Positions 10,026 to 19,577 of a DNA stretch of 64,000 nt are shown one piece after another. The translations under genes and the position numbers were made by a program. The notes beneath the pieces were generated by a model, which ran no database searches, was not told the DNA's origin, and saw only the letters and a program-made list of their open reading frames with translations. Position 1 is the stretch's first letter. Each line of letters begins with the position of its first letter. Source of the DNA: Mycobacteriales bacterium (lineage in GTDB: Bacteria > Actinomycetota > Actinomycetes > JAFAQI01); the NCBI GenBank assembly GCA_036267755.1, contig DATAVK010000134.1:2799-66798 (forward strand), in the 5' to 3' direction.

Positions 10026-10660
10026 GAGGGGAACGTCGACAGCCCGTCGCGGAGCTGGTCGAAGATTCGGTTGGTGTCACGCCGGTGTTGCCGGACCACC
10101 CAGGCATCGCTGGTCGGCCGGGCCGCGAGCTCGCGGAGTCGGAGGTACATGGCGCGCTGCGCTCCGATCAATGTCCCCGCGACGACCAGCACCAGGGGGT
10201 CGTCGGCCGGCGTACCCGCCTCGGCGGCGAGCGCCGCGGCCAGCTGCCGGGTCAGGTCGGCGTTGATCTCGTGAATCCTGCGTTGCAGTGACGGGTTCCG
10301 ACGTACCAGATCAAGGAAGCCGTCCGAGCCGTCGGCCATCTCGTCGCGCAACCGGGACAGCTGGTTGGACTGGGCAAGGACGAGAGTGCGGAACGACTCC
10401 AGGACTGTCGTCTGCTCGTCGCGCTCGGTCACTGCGGCAAGCAGTCCGCTGAGCCGGTCCTCGGTGCGGTCGAAGACCAGGTCTTCCTTGGTCGGGAAGT
10501 AGTTGAAGACCGTCTTCTTCGAGACGCCGGCAGCCTGGGCGACCGACTCGACGGTGACAGCATCGAAGCCGTGACGGCGGAACAGCTCGGCGGCCGTCTC
10601 CGCGATCACGACGCGCGTCTGTGACTTCTTGCGCTCGCGCAAACCCGTAACAGCTTGCAT
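10022..10660 (-). CDS. TetR family transcriptional regulator
   Basis: 212 aa with an N-terminal HTH (TVESVAQAAGVSKKTVFNYFPTKEDL). Divergent from an ABC export operon. Confidence 0.92.
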   Translation of the reverse strand: MQAVTGLRERKKSQTRVVIAETAAELFRRHGFDAVTVESVAQAAGVSKKTVFNYFPTKEDLVFDRTEDRLSGLLAAVTERDEQTTVLESFRTLVLAQSNQLSRLRDEMADGSDGFLDLVRRNPSLQRRIHEINADLTRQLAAALAAEAGTPADDPLVLVVAGTLIGAQRAMYLRLRELAARPTSDAWVVRQHRRDTNRIFDQLRDGLSTFPS

Positions 10661-10662
10661 TC

Positions 10663-10684
10663 CCCGAGAGTATGTTTACACTCG
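10663..10684. promoter_or_regulatory. imperfect inverted repeat CCGAG-N12-CTCGG in the TetR/ABC divergent intergenic region
   Basis: Seen directly (CCGAGAGTATGTTTACACTCGG) in an AT-rich spacer, followed by TATAAAAT. Candidate TetR operator/promoter. Confidence 0.35.
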
Positions 10685-10720
10685 GTATAAAATCAACTTC
10701 TGATCGAGCTAGGAGACAAC

Positions 10721-11710
10721 GTGGCGCAACCGGCCGTATCGGTCACCGGGTTGACCAAGCGGTACGGCGACTTCGAGGCCGTCCGGGGCATCGACCTGAC
10801 CATCGAGCCGGGCGAGACCTTCGGGTTCCTCGGTCCCAACGGTGCCGGAAAGTCCACGACGATCAGCATGTTGTGCACGTTGATCACGCCGACCAGTGGT
10901 GACGCGCACGTGGCCGGCTTCGACGTGGTGACGCAGCGCGACGACGTCCGCCGCAACATCGGCCTGGTCTTCCAGGACACGACTCTTGACGGCTACCTCA
11001 CCGCGATTCGGAACCTCAAGCTGCATGCCGAGCTGTACGGCGTACCGCGCGCGGGATTGGACGATCGGCTGCGGCAGGTGCTCGATATGGTCGGCTTGTG
11101 GGATCGCCGCGACAATAAGGTCGCGACGTTCTCCGGCGGCATGAAGCGGCGGCTGGAGATCGCCCGCGGGCTGTTGCATTCGCCGCGGGTGCTCTTCCTG
11201 GACGAGCCGACTGTCGGGCTCGACCCGCAGACCCGCAGCTCGATCTGGTCCTACATCAGGGAACTCAAGCGGGCCGAGGAGATCACGATCTTCCTCACGA
11301 CCCACTACATGGACGAGGCGGAGTACTGCGACCGGATCGCCATCATGGATCAGGGTCGGATCATCGCGCTGGACACGCCGCAGGCGCTGAAAGCGAGCAT
11401 CGGCAAGGACCGGGTGCAGATCCGCACCGAGGACAACGAGCGGGCGATCGCCGCTCTGGATAGGCAGTTCGGCCTGAGCGCGACCGTCTCCGAGGGCGTC
11501 GTCACGTTCTCGGTCGAGGGTGGTGAGCAGTTCATGCCCAAGCTGTTCGCGGAGTTCAGCGAGCCGATCTCGTCGGTGAACGTCTCCCGGCCCACGCTCG
11601 ATGACGTGTTCATGTCCTACACCGGCAACACGATCCGCGACGCGGAGGCAACTGCCGGGGATCGCGGTCGAGAGCAGATGCAGATGTTCCGAGCGGGGGG
11701 CCGACGATGA
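10721..11710 (+). CDS. ABC transporter ATP-binding protein (DrrA-like)
   Basis: Walker A GPNGAGKST, signature FSGGMKRRL, Walker B VLFLDEP. Confidence 0.95.
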   Translation: MAQPAVSVTGLTKRYGDFEAVRGIDLTIEPGETFGFLGPNGAGKSTTISMLCTLITPTSGDAHVAGFDVVTQRDDVRRNIGLVFQDTTLDGYLTAIRNLKLHAELYGVPRAGLDDRLRQVLDMVGLWDRRDNKVATFSGGMKRRLEIARGLLHSPRVLFLDEPTVGLDPQTRSSIWSYIRELKRAEEITIFLTTHYMDEAEYCDRIAIMDQGRIIALDTPQALKASIGKDRVQIRTEDNERAIAALDRQFGLSATVSEGVVTFSVEGGEQFMPKLFAEFSEPISSVNVSRPTLDDVFMSYTGNTIRDAEATAGDRGREQMQMFRAGGRR

Positions 11711-12570
11711 CCACCACCATGACGCCGGTCGCCGGCATCCGGGTGCCGACGCGCACCGGCAGCAGCGAGCTGCGCGCGGTGAAGATCGTCTGGCAGCGCG
11801 ACCTGATCCGCTTCTTCAACGACCGGCTGCGGATGATCACCGCGCTGGTCCAGCCGTTCCTGTTCCTGTTCGTTCTGGGCAGCGGCCTGTCCCGGCTCAC
11901 CGCGGCCAGCACCGGTGGCCTGAACCTGCGGACCTTCCTCTACCCCGGCATCCTGGCGATGGCGGTGATGTTCACCGCGCTGTTCTCGGCCGCGTCGATC
12001 GTCTGGGACCGCGAGTTCGGCTTCCTGCGCGAGATGCTGGTCGCTCCGGTTCGACGCAGCTCCATCGTCATCGGCAAGTGCCTCGGTGGCGCGACCGTCG
12101 CGGCCTTCCAGGGCGTCATCGTGATCTGCATCGCGGGTCTCGTCGGTGTGCCGTACGCGCCGACGTTGATCCTCGCGGTCTTCGGGATCCAGCTGTTGCT
12201 GGCCTTCATGATCACGACCTTCGGCGTGATGATGGCAGCACGAATCAAGCAGATGCAGTCGTTCATGGCGCTGACCCAGATGCTGGTGCTGCCGCTCTAT
12301 TTCTTGTCCGGCTCGATGTTCCCGGCCTCGAACCTGCCGCTCTGGCTCACCATCCTCAACCGCGTGGATCCGTTGACCTACGCGGTCGACCCGATGCGGC
12401 GGATTGTCTTCTCGCACCTGAACATGAGCCCCGCGATCAGGGCACGGCTCGACCCCGGCGTGACGTGGTTCGGCTGGCGGGTGCCGACGCTGCTCGAGGT
12501 CGCGGTCATCGCCGTCATGGGCCTGACGATGCTGGCGATCGCGATCCACCGCTTCAGCAAAACCGACTGA
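11707..12570 (+). CDS. ABC-2 type transporter permease
   Basis: 287 aa, about 6 TM segments. ATGA start/stop overlap with the ATPase gene. Confidence 0.9.
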   Translation: MTTTMTPVAGIRVPTRTGSSELRAVKIVWQRDLIRFFNDRLRMITALVQPFLFLFVLGSGLSRLTAASTGGLNLRTFLYPGILAMAVMFTALFSAASIVWDREFGFLREMLVAPVRRSSIVIGKCLGGATVAAFQGVIVICIAGLVGVPYAPTLILAVFGIQLLLAFMITTFGVMMAARIKQMQSFMALTQMLVLPLYFLSGSMFPASNLPLWLTILNRVDPLTYAVDPMRRIVFSHLNMSPAIRARLDPGVTWFGWRVPTLLEVAVIAVMGLTMLAIAIHRFSKTD

Positions 12571-12577
12571 CCCTTAT

Positions 12578-14704
12578 TCAAAACGATCGTCGCGGGGTCA
12601 GGTCGTAGACGGTCGTTCCGCCGATGGTCGTGGCGCTGAAGTGCGACTCGACCCACTGCTCGATCTGGCTGGCGTCATTGCCACCGGAGGCGGAGCCACC
12701 AGCGCCGCCGCCACCGCCGAACCCACCGCCGCCGAAGCCCCCGCCGAACCCACCGCGGCCGGCGCCTCCGATGAAGTAGTGGATCCGACCCTGCGCCACG
12801 TCGCGCTCGAACTGCGCAAGCGAAGGCGCAGGATCGGTCCCGTTGAAGCCGCCGACGGCCATCACCGGCTCGGCCGCCGCGAGCTGATATCCCGCCGCGT
12901 TCTCCGCACCAACGGTCGCGGCCACCCAGGTGTACGACGAGGCGTTGGCACGCAGTGCTTTGGTGATCGCGGCACTCGGCGTGCCGGCCTGGATCAAGTT
13001 CCCACCACCACCACCGCCACCGAGAGCCAGCGGGCCGCCCGGACCAAACAGGTTGCGGCCGCCACCGGACGGCCGGCCGCCGTTCCCAAAGCCGCGCGGG
13101 GACTGGAATCCGCGGCCACCCCCGGCGCGCCCTCCCGGCCGGCCGAAAGCCCCGGCCCCGCCGGGTCCACCGCCGCGCGTCGCGGTCACCGCGGGCCCCG
13201 CAGACGGGATGGCTCCGGTCTGCGGTGTCTGCACCGTGTCGAGCGCCCAGGCCACCGGGCCGGTGAGACCGACGACGAGTGAGGCGAGCGCGACGACGCT
13301 GGACCACCGGGTCAACCGACCCCACCGGCCAGGCGGGACCAGGACCGCGACCGCCGCAACCAGACCGACGACGAGCACGAAAACCCGCAGCCACGGGTGG
13401 AAGTCCGGGGACCGCGCCATCAGCCGATACGCCCAGACCGAGGTGCCGGCGACGGCCACGGCGAGCACGACTCGCGACGCCACCCGCCGGCGCGAGCGCC
13501 ACAGCGCGACGCCGCCGATGCCGACGAGAGCGCCGATCGGAGGCGCGAGAGCAACCGTGTAGTAGGGGTGAATGATCCCTTGGCCGAACGAGAACGTCAG
13601 CCCGGTCACGACCAGCCAGCTGCCCCACAGCAGGATCTGCCCCCTCGCCGTGTCGGTCCGAGGGGACCGGCGAATCAGCCACAGCACCGTGCCGGTAAGT
13701 AGCAGGGCGGCGGGGAGCAGCCAGGAGACCTGCGAGCCCATGTCCGAGCCGAACAGCCGGGTCAGTCCGGTGGGGCCCCACAGCCCGGCGTGCCCGGTCT
13801 GCCCCCCGGCGACGACGCTGCCGGTCTCGTTCCCGGTGAGCCGCCCGAACCCGTTGTAGCCGAAGATCATGTTGAGCACGCTGTTGTCGGTGGAGCCTCC
13901 GACGTACGGTCGGTCAGCGGCCGGGATGAGGGTGACCGCGGCGACCCACCAGCCGGCGGTGACGACGATCGCGACGCCGGCGGCGGCAAGCTGGCCGACC
14001 CGGCGGCGCAGCGTCACGGGCGCGCAGCACAGGTACACCAACCCGAAGCCCGGTACGACGAGCAGCGCCTGGCCCAGTTTGGTGAGGAACCCGGCTCCGA
14101 CCAGTACACCGGCGAGCACCAGCCACCGGGTCCGACCGTCCTCCAGCGCGCGCACCACGAGGTACGTCGTGCCGACGAGGCAGAGCACGAGCAGCGCATC
14201 CGGGTTGTTGAAGCGGAACATCAGCGCCGCGACCGGAGTCGTCGCCATCACGGCACCGGCGATCAGGCCAGCCACCGGACCAAACCGCCGTCGCACCGTC
14301 GCGTAGAGGACGCCGACGGCCGCGACGCCCTCCAGCGCCTGGGGCACGAGGATCGACCACGAGTTCACACCGAAGATCCGGGCCGAGATGTCCATCACCC
14401 ACAGCGAGCCGGGCGGCTTGTCGACCGTGATGAAGTTCGAGGAGTCGAAGGAGCCGAAGAACATCGCCTTCCAGGACTTCGTCGCCGCCTGCACGGCCGC
14501 GGAGTAGAAGGCATTGGCCCAGCCGGAGGCGTCGAGCCCCCACAGGTAAAGCACAGCAGTCAGGGCCAGCAGACCGAGGAGCGCCGGGCGCACCCAGGTC
14601 GGGTCGTCCTCCCGCCCGCGCAACGCCCGGCGCAACAGCGGCCGGTCCGATCGACCGGCCGTCGGGGTCACGGCCGTCACGACGCCAGCGGCGGTCACGG
14701 TCAT
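12578..14704 (-). CDS. glycosyltransferase family 39 (ArnT/PMT-like) membrane protein with glycine-rich C-terminal region
   Basis: Polytopic N-terminal region typical of GT39 (YLWGLDASGWANAFYSAAVQA..., ITVDKPPG). C-terminal soluble segment flanked by G-rich tracts. Start set at MTVTAAG (14704); the track start 14782 is possible. Confidence 0.85.
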   Translation of the reverse strand: MTVTAAGVVTAVTPTAGRSDRPLLRRALRGREDDPTWVRPALLGLLALTAVLYLWGLDASGWANAFYSAAVQAATKSWKAMFFGSFDSSNFITVDKPPGSLWVMDISARIFGVNSWSILVPQALEGVAAVGVLYATVRRRFGPVAGLIAGAVMATTPVAALMFRFNNPDALLVLCLVGTTYLVVRALEDGRTRWLVLAGVLVGAGFLTKLGQALLVVPGFGLVYLCCAPVTLRRRVGQLAAAGVAIVVTAGWWVAAVTLIPAADRPYVGGSTDNSVLNMIFGYNGFGRLTGNETGSVVAGGQTGHAGLWGPTGLTRLFGSDMGSQVSWLLPAALLLTGTVLWLIRRSPRTDTARGQILLWGSWLVVTGLTFSFGQGIIHPYYTVALAPPIGALVGIGGVALWRSRRRVASRVVLAVAVAGTSVWAYRLMARSPDFHPWLRVFVLVVGLVAAVAVLVPPGRWGRLTRWSSVVALASLVVGLTGPVAWALDTVQTPQTGAIPSAGPAVTATRGGGPGGAGAFGRPGGRAGGGRGFQSPRGFGNGGRPSGGGRNLFGPGGPLALGGGGGGGNLIQAGTPSAAITKALRANASSYTWVAATVGAENAAGYQLAAAEPVMAVGGFNGTDPAPSLAQFERDVAQGRIHYFIGGAGRGGFGGGFGGGGFGGGGGAGGSASGGNDASQIEQWVESHFSATTIGGTTVYDLTPRRSF

Positions 14705-14801
14705 CGGCCACCCCGCATGATTCCAGCGTCCGGCACCTGGCTGAGAGAACGCTGAGAGCTCGCGACGTTCACGACCGGTCACCGCGGGGCAGGTCTTCGG
14801 C

Positions 14802-15629
14802 GTGACCAGCGCACCGCCCGTCCTCCGCCACGCTGCCCGGCGGCTGCCGGGCCACCGCCGGCCCAGCCAGGCAGCGCGACTCGGGCTGCTCGCTCGGGCC
14901 GGTTTCTACGCCGTCATGGCGTGGCTGACCATCACGGTCGCGGTCGACGGTGCGGGCTCGCGGCAGACCAACGCGCAGGGCGCGCTCGCGGCGGTCACCA
15001 CCACCGACCTCGGGACGGCGCTCGTCGCGGTCGCCGCCGCCGGGTTCGTCGTACTGGGCATCACGCGCGTGGTGGCCGGGATCCGGGGCGTCGACACCGA
15101 GTGGTGGCAACGCACGACCACCGCGCTGCAGGGACTGTCCTACCTGGCGGCGGCGAGCGTTCCCATCGGATTCCTGCTCGGTCATCACGGCGAGGGCAGC
15201 GAGCACTCGCAGCACCACGACACCGCCGATCTGCTCGGGCTGCCCGGTGGGCGGGTGTTGGTCGTCGCCGCCGGCATCATCATCCTCGCGGTGAGCGCCT
15301 GGCAGATCCGTACGGCGTGGGGCCAGGACTTCACCGACGGCATGGATCTCGCCGGAGCGAGTCGGAAGGTACGGCGGCTGGTGGTGGTCACGGGGACGGT
15401 GGGCATCGCGGCGCGCGCGGTTGTGTTCGCCCCGATCGGCATCTTTCTGATCGTCGCTGGGATCCAGGCCGACCCCGCACACGCGAAGGGCCTCGACGAC
15501 GAGCTGGCGTTGCTGGCCCGAGCGCCGCTCGGCCCGGTGCTGTTGGCCGCGGTCGCTGCCGGGCTCGCCGTCTTTGCGGCGTACTCGGTGCTCGAGGCCC
15601 GCTACCGCGATGTCGACTCGAGTCGCTGA
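14802..15629 (+). CDS. DUF1206 domain membrane protein
   Basis: 275 aa with three repeats of paired TM helices (ARAGFYAVMAWLTI..., IAARAVVFAPIGIFLIVAG...). Confidence 0.8.
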   Translation: MTSAPPVLRHAARRLPGHRRPSQAARLGLLARAGFYAVMAWLTITVAVDGAGSRQTNAQGALAAVTTTDLGTALVAVAAAGFVVLGITRVVAGIRGVDTEWWQRTTTALQGLSYLAAASVPIGFLLGHHGEGSEHSQHHDTADLLGLPGGRVLVVAAGIIILAVSAWQIRTAWGQDFTDGMDLAGASRKVRRLVVVTGTVGIAARAVVFAPIGIFLIVAGIQADPAHAKGLDDELALLARAPLGPVLLAAVAAGLAVFAAYSVLEARYRDVDSSR

Positions 15630-15642
15630 CGCCGCCGGCCGA

Positions 15643-16089
15643 CTACGCCGGGTCCTCGACCAGCAGCTCTTCCAGCAGCGGCAGCAGATCGCGCAGCCGC
15701 TCAGCGTCGCCGGGCGGTAGCGCCGAGATCCGGGTGGCCAGGTTCGCGGTCCGCGCGGAGCGCGCCCACTCGAGCTTGTCCTTACCCAGCTGGCTCAGCG
15801 AGATGTAGGCAGAACGTCGGTCGGCCGGGTCACCGGTCCGGTCGACCAGCCCCGCCTCCGCAAGCCCCGCCACCAGCCGGGTGGCGGTAGGGGCGCTGAC
15901 TCGCTCCCAGTCAGCGAGGTCGCCGATCCGTAACGGGGAACGCTGCTCGACCGTGACGAGGGCAGACCACTGCGACAACGTCAGGTCACCGGGGCCCGAC
16001 TGGCGTAGCTGGCGAGCCAGCCGCGCGATAGTGACCCGCAACCGCGCCGCAGTCTCGGCGTCGGTGGCGGTGACGGAGGTGGGGCTCAC
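15643..16089 (-). CDS. MarR family transcriptional regulator
   Basis: 148 aa winged-helix (LTLSQWSALVTVEQRSPLRIGDLA...DPADRRS). GTGA overlap with the upstream MFS gene. Confidence 0.92.
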   Translation of the reverse strand: MSPTSVTATDAETAARLRVTIARLARQLRQSGPGDLTLSQWSALVTVEQRSPLRIGDLADWERVSAPTATRLVAGLAEAGLVDRTGDPADRRSAYISLSQLGKDKLEWARSARTANLATRISALPPGDAERLRDLLPLLEELLVEDPA

Positions 16090-17813
16090 ACGCTCGCTCC
16101 TGTCCCAGATGCCGTCAGCTCGTCGGCAGGCGCCGGATGGGGATCGTCATGGACCGCCTCCTCGACGTGCACGTACTTGCGGCCGCGCGACAGCGACGCT
16201 ACAGCGCCAACGAGCGACATGGCGATGGCAAGGCTGAACACGACCACCAGACCATGATGGAACGGTCCGGAGATCAGCGACGGGAAGAAGCCGCGACCGG
16301 TCAGGTGGGCCTGCTGCGCCGCGGTGAGGTGCGACAGCGTCGTTGGCCCCAGCAAGCTGCGGATCGGGTTGTAGCCCAGGAAGGCTGCGAAGAGCACGCC
16401 GACCGCTGGGAGCGACGCGACGTGATGCGCGGCGGCCGCGGGGACACCGTTGGCCGTTAGCCCCTGGAACAGGGTCGTCGGCAACGAGCTCGACAGCCCG
16501 ACGATCATCAGCGAGAAGAACAGGCCGATCGACAGCACCATGCCGCTGTTCTGGAACGTCGCACGCATGCCGTTCGCGGCGCCACGTTGCCGCGCCGGGA
16601 CGGAGTTCATGATGGCCGCGACGTTCGGCGAGGAGAACAACCCGGAGCCGATGCCGGACAGCAAGATCAGGGCGGCGAAGGCGAGATACGGGAAGTTGGT
16701 GGGGAGCAACAGCAGGCCACCGAACGACATCGCCACGATCACCAGGCCGCCGGTCGAGAACAGCCGGGCGCCGTACCGATCGGAGAGCCAGCCGGAGACC
16801 GGGCCGGCGATCAGGAATCCCACCGTCAGCGGTAGCAGGTAGATGCCGGCCCACAACGGGGTGTCCTCGAAGGCATAGCCGTGTTGCGGCAGCCAGATGC
16901 CCTGCAACCAGATGATGAGCATGAACTGCATGCCGCCCCGCGCGATGGCATTGAGCCACTGGGCGGCGTTACCAGCCGAGAACGCACGGATCTTGAACAA
17001 CTCCAGGTGGAACATCGGCGCCTCGACGCGCCGTTCGACCGCGGCAAAGATGAGGAGCAGCGCCGCTCCGCCGATCAGGCCGGCGAGCACCCACGGATTC
17101 GTCCACCCCATGGTTCGCCCGGCGTACGGCTCGATGCCGTAGACGATCGCGGCGAGGATCGCGGTCAGGCCGGCGGCGAACGTCAGGTTGCCCCACCAGT
17201 CGATCGTGGCGGGCTGTCGAGAACTGGTCTCGCGCAGGCTCTTGTACGCCCACACCGTGCCGAGTATGCCGATGGGGACACTGAACCAGAAGATCAGCCG
17301 CCAGCTGACCTCGGAGAGCAGACCGCCGGCGACCAGACCGATGAACGACCCCGAGATACCGGCCACCATGTTGATGCCGAGCGCGAATCCGCGCTGCTCG
17401 GTCGGGAATGCGTCGGCAAGGATCGCCGTCGAGTTGGCAATGAGCATCGCGCCACCGACTGCCTGCAGCACCCGGAAGCCGATCAGCCACAGGGCGCCGC
17501 CCGCCCCCATCAAGGGATCGAGCGCCAGGATCACCGAGCCAAGCGAGAACACCGCGAAGCCGGCGTTGTACATCCGGACCCGGCCGAACATGTCCCCGAG
17601 CCGGCCGAGGGTGACGACCAGGACCGCCTGGACCAGCAGGTACCCCATGAGCATCCACAGCAGGTAGCTGGAGTTCGCCGGAAGCAGCGGGTCCAGTTTG
17701 ATGCCGCGGAAGATGGTCGGAAGCGAGATAAGGACGATCGAGGCGTTGACGGTCGCCATCAACATGCCGAGCGTGGTGTTCGACAGGGCGACCCACTTGT
17801 ACTGCCGGGTCAT
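16086..17813 (-). CDS. MFS transporter, DHA2 (EmrB/QacA, 14-TM) type
   Basis: 575 aa, about 14 TM segments, motif A-like GRLGDMFGR. Co-transcribed with MarR. Confidence 0.9.
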   Translation of the reverse strand: MTRQYKWVALSNTTLGMLMATVNASIVLISLPTIFRGIKLDPLLPANSSYLLWMLMGYLLVQAVLVVTLGRLGDMFGRVRMYNAGFAVFSLGSVILALDPLMGAGGALWLIGFRVLQAVGGAMLIANSTAILADAFPTEQRGFALGINMVAGISGSFIGLVAGGLLSEVSWRLIFWFSVPIGILGTVWAYKSLRETSSRQPATIDWWGNLTFAAGLTAILAAIVYGIEPYAGRTMGWTNPWVLAGLIGGAALLLIFAAVERRVEAPMFHLELFKIRAFSAGNAAQWLNAIARGGMQFMLIIWLQGIWLPQHGYAFEDTPLWAGIYLLPLTVGFLIAGPVSGWLSDRYGARLFSTGGLVIVAMSFGGLLLLPTNFPYLAFAALILLSGIGSGLFSSPNVAAIMNSVPARQRGAANGMRATFQNSGMVLSIGLFFSLMIVGLSSSLPTTLFQGLTANGVPAAAAHHVASLPAVGVLFAAFLGYNPIRSLLGPTTLSHLTAAQQAHLTGRGFFPSLISGPFHHGLVVVFSLAIAMSLVGAVASLSRGRKYVHVEEAVHDDPHPAPADELTASGTGASV

Positions 17814-17831
17814 TGCACGACTCCAAGAGGC

Positions 17832-17858
17832 TAGATACTTTCTTAACGAAAGTATCTA
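17832..17858. promoter_or_regulatory. perfect 11-bp-arm AT-rich palindrome TAGATACTTTC-TTAAC-GAAAGTATCTA
   Basis: Seen directly. It lies between the RBS of the MFS-MarR operon and the stop of the upstream small gene. Candidate MarR operator and/or terminator hairpin. Confidence 0.5.
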
Positions 17859-17873
17859 CGAGTCTGTTCCCGG

Positions 17874-18131
17874 CTAGGGCTCGGGTGGGCCGGTCGGACT
17901 GCTTTGACCCGGCGGGGTCGGCGACCCCGGGCCCGAGGTGTCCTCGCTGCTCGTCGGCGGCGGGAAGTGCGCGGGCAGACCCTTGAGGTGCTTGTTCATT
18001 GACCGGAACAGGAAGTAGCTCGCAACGCATAGGGCCACCACGACCAGGAAAGCGATGAAGCCCGCGCCGAAATCATCGTCGCCGTCGGCGAGGACTGCGG
18101 CTGCGGCGACGACTGCCACGCCGGTGATCAT
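17874..18131 (-). CDS. small membrane protein with Pro-rich tail (position equivalent to Rv1081c)
   Basis: 85 aa from the ATG at 18131 (MITGVAVVAAAAVLA...). ATGA overlap with the mca stop. One or two TM helices. Confidence 0.6.
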   Translation of the reverse strand: MITGVAVVAAAAVLADGDDDFGAGFIAFLVVVALCVASYFLFRSMNKHLKGLPAHFPPPTSSEDTSGPGSPTPPGQSSPTGPPEP

Positions 18132-19009
18132 CGCCGTACCTCGTCCCTGACTCCGGCGAACAGGTCGTCCTCCGGAAGCTCGGAGTTCACCAGCGACCGG
18201 GCCAGCTCGTAGTCCTCCGTGGGCCACGCCTGCTGCTGGATCTCCAGCGGGCAGGCGAACCACGCCGACGTCGGATCGACCTGTGTCGCGTGGGCGATCA
18301 GCGCCTGGTCGCGCACCCCGAAGTAGTCAGCGCAGGGCACCGACGTGGTGACCCTGTGGCCGCGGTCCGACTCTTCGACCCACTCCTCCAGCCGCTCCGC
18401 GTACGGCGACTCGATACCGGCCTCGACCATCGCCTCGTGCAGCGCCAGGAACCGGTTCCGGTGAAATGTCATGTGGTAGTAGAGCTTTAGCGGCTGCCAC
18501 GGCTCGCCGGTGCCCGGGTAGCGGTCGGGATCGGCCGCGGCGTCGAAGGCCTCGACGCTGACCCTGTGGGTCATGATGTGGTCCGGATGCGGATATCCGC
18601 CGTTCTCGTCGTACGTCGTCATCACGTGCGGCCGGAAGGTGCGGACCAGCCGGACCAACGGCTCGGAGGCATCCTCGAGTGACTCGAGACCGAAGCACCC
18701 TTCGGGCAGCGGCGGCAGCGGATCGCCCTCCGGCAAGCCTGAGTCGACGAAGCCGAGCCAGGTGTGGTGAACGCCGAGGATCTCGATGGCACGCTGCATT
18801 TCGTGGTGCCGGATGCCAGCGAGGTTGGCGACCACTTCCGGGGTGTCCATCGCGGGGTTGAGGATCGACCCGCGCTCGCCACCGGTGCACGTCGCGATGA
18901 GGACCTCGACCCCCTCGGCGGCGTACTTAGCGACGGTCGCGGCACCCTTGCTGGCCTCGTCATCGGGGTGCGCGTGCACCGCGAGCAGCCGCAACGGTCC
19001 TTGGGTCAC
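18128..19009 (-). CDS. mca: mycothiol S-conjugate amidase (LmbE/PIG-L family)
   Basis: 293 aa with AVHAHPDDE, HVMTTYDENGGYPHPDH and WPTEDYELARS. Close to my recollection of M. tuberculosis Mca, and sits beside greA as there. Confidence 0.88.
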   Translation of the reverse strand: MTQGPLRLLAVHAHPDDEASKGAATVAKYAAEGVEVLIATCTGGERGSILNPAMDTPEVVANLAGIRHHEMQRAIEILGVHHTWLGFVDSGLPEGDPLPPLPEGCFGLESLEDASEPLVRLVRTFRPHVMTTYDENGGYPHPDHIMTHRVSVEAFDAAADPDRYPGTGEPWQPLKLYYHMTFHRNRFLALHEAMVEAGIESPYAERLEEWVEESDRGHRVTTSVPCADYFGVRDQALIAHATQVDPTSAWFACPLEIQQQAWPTEDYELARSLVNSELPEDDLFAGVRDEVRR

Positions 19010-19050
19010 AGCGCCATGGTTTCACGCTTGCCGCGGGTAACCTGATTCGG

Positions 19051-19542
19051 ATGAGCGACCCGACCGTCACCTGGCTCACTCAGGACGCCTACGACCGCCT
19101 CAACGAAGAGCTGCAGACGCTGTCGGGCCCGGCCCGCGCGGAAATCGTCGACCGCATCGCCGCAGCCCGCGCGGAGGGCGACCTGAAGGAGAACGGCGGC
19201 TACCACGCTGCCAAGGACGAGCAGGGCAAGATGGAGGCCCGGATTCGGCAGCTCAACCAGCTGCTGCGCGACGCGAAGGTCGGTACGCCGCCTTCCGCGG
19301 ACGCTGGCGTCGCGGGCCCGGGCATGATCGCCAGCGTGCGTTTCGGTGAGGGCGACGAGGAGACTTTCCTGATCGGCTCCCGCGAGGAGGCCGCCGTGAG
19401 CGACCTCACCGTGTACTCCCCGCAGTCGCCCCTCGGCAAGGCCCTCGCCGGCGCCAAGCCGGGCGAGGCGCGCAGCTACAAGGCCCCGAATGGCCGCGAC
19501 ATTAGGGTGGAGCTACTCGAGGTCAAGCCCTACACCCGCTGA
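19051..19542 (+). CDS. greA: transcription elongation factor GreA
   Basis: 163 aa with N-terminal coiled-coil and conserved GDLKENGGYHAAK. Confidence 0.97.
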   Translation: MSDPTVTWLTQDAYDRLNEELQTLSGPARAEIVDRIAAARAEGDLKENGGYHAAKDEQGKMEARIRQLNQLLRDAKVGTPPSADAGVAGPGMIASVRFGEGDEETFLIGSREEAAVSDLTVYSPQSPLGKALAGAKPGEARSYKAPNGRDIRVELLEVKPYTR

Positions 19543-19577
19543 CCCACGCGCCTGGCCCACTGGTGGGGTACGGCGGA

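Noticed and set aside
12600-13230. GGC/GCC-rich repetitive DNA as a PE_PGRS-like gene or a mobile or repeat element.
   Set aside because: It is in frame within the GT39 gene and encodes Gly-rich linkers. There is no PE/PPE N-terminal domain and no terminal repeats.
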